Below, in pieces: positions 38,254-40,498 of a stretch of DNA of 40,498 bases. Under the pieces are notes generated by a model. The model ran no database searches and was not told where the DNA came from. It saw only the letters and a program-made list of their open reading frames with translations. The translations under genes were made by a program, and so were the position numbers. The first letter of the stretch is position 1; each line of letters starts with the position of its first letter. Where the stretch lies: assembly GCA_036508735.1 (NCBI GenBank), contig DATCGU010000410.1, forward strand, positions 1 through 40,498, read 5' to 3'. The stretch comes from Gemmatimonadaceae bacterium (GTDB lineage: Bacteria; Gemmatimonadota; Gemmatimonadetes; Gemmatimonadales; Gemmatimonadaceae).

Positions 38254-38404
38254 TGTGGATTGGCGCGAAGGCTTTAACCAACCCATTAAGAATTGGATAA
38301 CGTGGCGGTAGTAGTAGTAAGGTGTGGAAAGTGGAAAAGCAAGACAAGTGGTTCAGTTGATTGAGCTTTCCTGCCCTCTGGTCACGTGGAACCGCTGTGG
38401 AATT
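38254..38404. promoter_or_regulatory. oriC: candidate oriC core: DnaA-box-like 9-mers flanking a DnaA-trio-like tract (38309-38320)
   Basis: Plus-strand 9-mers are TGTGGATTG (38254), ATTGGATAA (38292), TGTGGAAAG (38323), AGTGGAAAA (38330) and TGTGGAATT (38396), all in the same orientation. CGTGGCGG is followed by TAGTAGTAGTAA at 38309-38320. Confidence 0.6.
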
Positions 38405-38460
38405 CAGCGGGACCAGTGGGAGGAACATATGTCACCCTACGGCTGCCCACAGCCCAGTGT

Positions 38461-39852
38461 TCACCACTGGGAATGACGCACAGTTTCCCGCACCTTTTCC
38501 ACACGCCCCCGGAACACCGCATCCTCCCGGGACATCTCGGCAACCCGCTCAATCGAGTGGATGACGGTCGAGTGATCCCGACCCCCAAACGCCGACCCGA
38601 TCTCCACCAACTGGAGCCCGTGAATCTCCCGGGTAAGGTACATGGCCACCTGGCGCGGAACGGTGAGCACCTTGGTGCGGGTCTTGGAGGTCAGCCCGTC
38701 CACGGTGACCCCCCATTCGGCCGCCACCACCTGCTGGATCTGGTGCACCCGTTCCTGGCGGGTGGATCGCACCGGCACCGATTCGGACGAACGCAACTTG
38801 TCGCGCAGGGCCTCGCGGGCCAGCTCCACGGTCACCACCCGGTGCTTGAGCGACGAAAAGGCCAGCAGCTTGATGATGGAACCCTCGAGCTCGCGCACGT
38901 TGGCCTGCACGTGATCGGCGATGAAGTGCAGTACCTCGTCGGGAATGGTGTGCTCGAGATGGTCCATCTGCGCCTTGCGCCGCAGGATGGCAATGCGATG
39001 CTCGAGGTCGGGCGGCGAGACGTCGGCCACCATGCCCCACTCGAATCGGCTCTTCAGGCGGTCCTCGAGGCGCGGAATCTCCGATGGCCCACGGTCTGAC
39101 GTGAGCACGATCTGGCGCCCGGCTTCGTACAGCGCGTTGAACGTGTGAAAGAATTCTTCCTGAGTCTGCTGCTTGCCGGCGAGCACGTGCACGTCGTCCA
39201 CGAGCAGCAAGTCGGACTGCCGATAACGACGCTTAAACTCGTTCATCGACCGCTTTTCGATACTGTTGATCACATCATTCAGGAACTGCTCGGCGGTGAT
39301 GTAAGTAACCCGCATGGACGGGTCGCGCTGCAGGATGCGGTGGGCAATGGCCTGCATGAGGTGGGTCTTGCCCAACCCGGTTGCCCCATAAATGAAGAGC
39401 GGGTTGTACGACTTTCCAGGCGCCTCGGCGACCGCCGCCGCGGCCGCCGCGGCGAGCTCGTTTGACTTGCCGATGACGAAATGGTCAAAGGTATACCGGT
39501 CATTCAACTGGCTTAAAACAATCGTGTTATCGGCCTTTAGTGGCTCTATACTGGCTTCATTTTGAGGGACAAACAGGTCCATTTGAGGGCGTGTACGCCG
39601 CTCTTCCTGGACCTTGAGGACGACTTTGAGGGGATGGCCGAGGCAGATTGGGCCCAGGTTTTCCAGGTAGGAGGCGTGTTTGGAGGAGACCCAGTCGACG
39701 GCGAATTGGTCGGGAGCGGCGAGGGTGAGTGTTTCCCCGTCGAAGTCCAGGGCAGCCAATGGGGCGAGCCACTGGTCGGTGGTATGGGCTGGCAGGTCGT
39801 TGCGGACGCGGTCGAGGAGGCGGGACCAGGCGTCGCTGGCAGACAATGGCAT
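38461..39852 (-). CDS. dnaA: chromosomal replication initiator protein DnaA
   Basis: AAA+ Walker A GATGLGKTHL, Walker B LLLVDDVH, and the C-terminal DNA-binding domain with the FGGRDHSTV signature. Start is ATG at 39852 (MPLSASDAWSRLL). Confidence 0.95.
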   Translation of the reverse strand: MPLSASDAWSRLLDRVRNDLPAHTTDQWLAPLAALDFDGETLTLAAPDQFAVDWVSSKHASYLENLGPICLGHPLKVVLKVQEERRTRPQMDLFVPQNEASIEPLKADNTIVLSQLNDRYTFDHFVIGKSNELAAAAAAAVAEAPGKSYNPLFIYGATGLGKTHLMQAIAHRILQRDPSMRVTYITAEQFLNDVINSIEKRSMNEFKRRYRQSDLLLVDDVHVLAGKQQTQEEFFHTFNALYEAGRQIVLTSDRGPSEIPRLEDRLKSRFEWGMVADVSPPDLEHRIAILRRKAQMDHLEHTIPDEVLHFIADHVQANVRELEGSIIKLLAFSSLKHRVVTVELAREALRDKLRSSESVPVRSTRQERVHQIQQVVAAEWGVTVDGLTSKTRTKVLTVPRQVAMYLTREIHGLQLVEIGSAFGGRDHSTVIHSIERVAEMSREDAVFRGRVEKVRETVRHSQW

Positions 39853-39859
39853 TAGTGCG

Positions 39860-39912
39860 ATCGGGTGTGGAAAAGCGAAGGGGGACGATGCTACCAATCG
39901 GGTGTGGAAAAG
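39860..39912. promoter_or_regulatory. two 16-bp direct repeats, each carrying the DnaA-box variant TGTGGAAAA
   Basis: ATCGGGTGTGGAAAAG occurs at 39860-39875 and again at 39897-39912 (37-bp period). Both are in the dnaA-rpmH intergenic region, just upstream of the dnaA start. Confidence 0.6.
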
Positions 39913-39946
39913 TCAACGCTCGTGAGTCCAAACCAAATTTGGTGGG

Positions 39947-39975
39947 TTGACCTATCTCCATCGCGTAGCTACGTT
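39947..39975 (+). promoter_or_regulatory. candidate sigma70-type promoter of rpmH-rnpA
   Basis: TTGACC (39947-39952), a 17-nt spacer, then TACGTT (39970-39975), about 45 nt upstream of the rpmH ATG. Confidence 0.35.
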
Positions 39976-40019
39976 TAGCGTTCTGTTCGCGAATTGAAGT
40001 CACGCATTGTGGAGTCATT

Positions 40020-40184
40020 ATGGGCAAGCCAACTTATCGTCCCCGGAACAAGCGTCGTCTCAGGACGCACGGGTTCCGTGCGCGGATGGAAACCAAGTGG
40101 GGGCGCGAGGTGCTCAGCCGCCGCCGCAAGAAGGGGCGGAAGAGCCTCAGTGTGAAGCTTCCGTCGAAGTACGCCGGCGTTTAG
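40020..40184 (+). CDS. rpmH: 50S ribosomal protein L34
   Basis: [45 protein letters not shown]... is 54 aa. It is missing from the ORF track because it is under 60 aa. Confidence 0.95.
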   Translation: MGKPTYRPRNKRRLRTHGFRARMETKWGREVLSRRRKKGRKSLSVKLPSKYAGV

Positions 40185-40188
40185 CCGT

Positions 40189-40498
40189 CTGCGATTTCCG
40201 CGCGCGTCGCGCCTGACGCGAGAGCGGGATCTCGAGGCAGTCCGTTTGCAGGGGAAGCGAGTACGCACCGCCCAGCTCGAGGTGCGATACCTCGCTTCCC
40301 CTTTTCTGCATGCGCGCATTGGCGTGATCGTGCCGCGCTACGGGCATACGGCGGTGGACCGCAACAAGGTGAAGCGCCGGCTGCGCGACCTGGTGCGCAC
40401 GGAACTGCTGCCGTCGCTTGCGGCACTCGACGTGGTGATCAGGGCCGCGCCGAGTGCCTATGCCGCCAGCTACGACACGCTGCGCACGGCGGTGAAGA
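40189..40498 (+). CDS. rnpA: ribonuclease P protein component, partial (3' end outside the window); start codon uncertain
   Basis: The frame is open from 40156 to the window edge. It encodes RLRFPRASRLTRERDLEAVRLQGKRVRT...RIGVIVPRYGHTAVDRNKVKRRLRDLVR, with the RnpA RNR-type motif NKVKRRLR. There is no ATG, GTG or TTG upstream of the conserved N-terminus, so CTG at 40189 is taken provisionally. Confidence 0.7.
   Translation, partial: MRFPRASRLTRERDLEAVRLQGKRVRTAQLEVRYLASPFLHARIGVIVPRYGHTAVDRNKVKRRLRDLVRTELLPSLAALDVVIRAAPSAYAASYDTLRTAVK

Noticed and set aside
38381-38396. parS-like sequence CTGGTCACGTGGAACC in the dnaA-dnaN spacer
   Set aside because: Only about 11 of 16 positions match the parS palindrome, and one half-site is lost.

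Overview
High-GC (~65%) bacterial chromosomal window covering the replication-origin neighbourhood. At the right end, rpmH-rnpA (+) diverge from dnaA-dnaN (-), with DnaA-box clusters and a DnaA-trio-like TAGTAGTAGTAA tract in the flanking intergenic regions. Elsewhere there are mnmG, parA-parB preceded by a perfect parS, a translationally coupled membrane coiled-coil protein plus bactofilin, and a five-gene BMP-type ABC uptake operon that includes a Nif3 homologue. The window also holds polA, a CspA-family gene, a DeaD-like helicase, pyrE, RNase P RNA (rnpB) and TerC. Remaining genes include a type IV pilin mini-operon, a GWxTD protein, a Ser/Thr kinase, an orphan histidine kinase, an AraC-type regulator, several hydrolases and lipoproteins. 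The ORF track uses the longest possible ATG/GTG/TTG start, so many starts were trimmed using conserved N-termini, 4-nt stop/start overlaps and signal peptides. It also omits ORFs under 60 aa (rpmH) and ORFs that run off the window edge (1-888 minus, rnpA). The main structure not explained by genes is a family of ~143-bp palindromic elements with three full and several truncated copies. Each is wedged between convergent stop codons, two copies bracket a GxxExxY (PD-(D/E)XK-like) small ORF, and one decayed copy may lie in-frame inside a membrane-protein gene. I found no CRISPR array, tRNA/rRNA, transposase, integrase or recognisable defence operon. Taxon cannot be verified from here; the gene content (GWxTD, SIMPL, bactofilin next to parAB) only loosely suggests a Gemmatimonadota/FCB-like organism.
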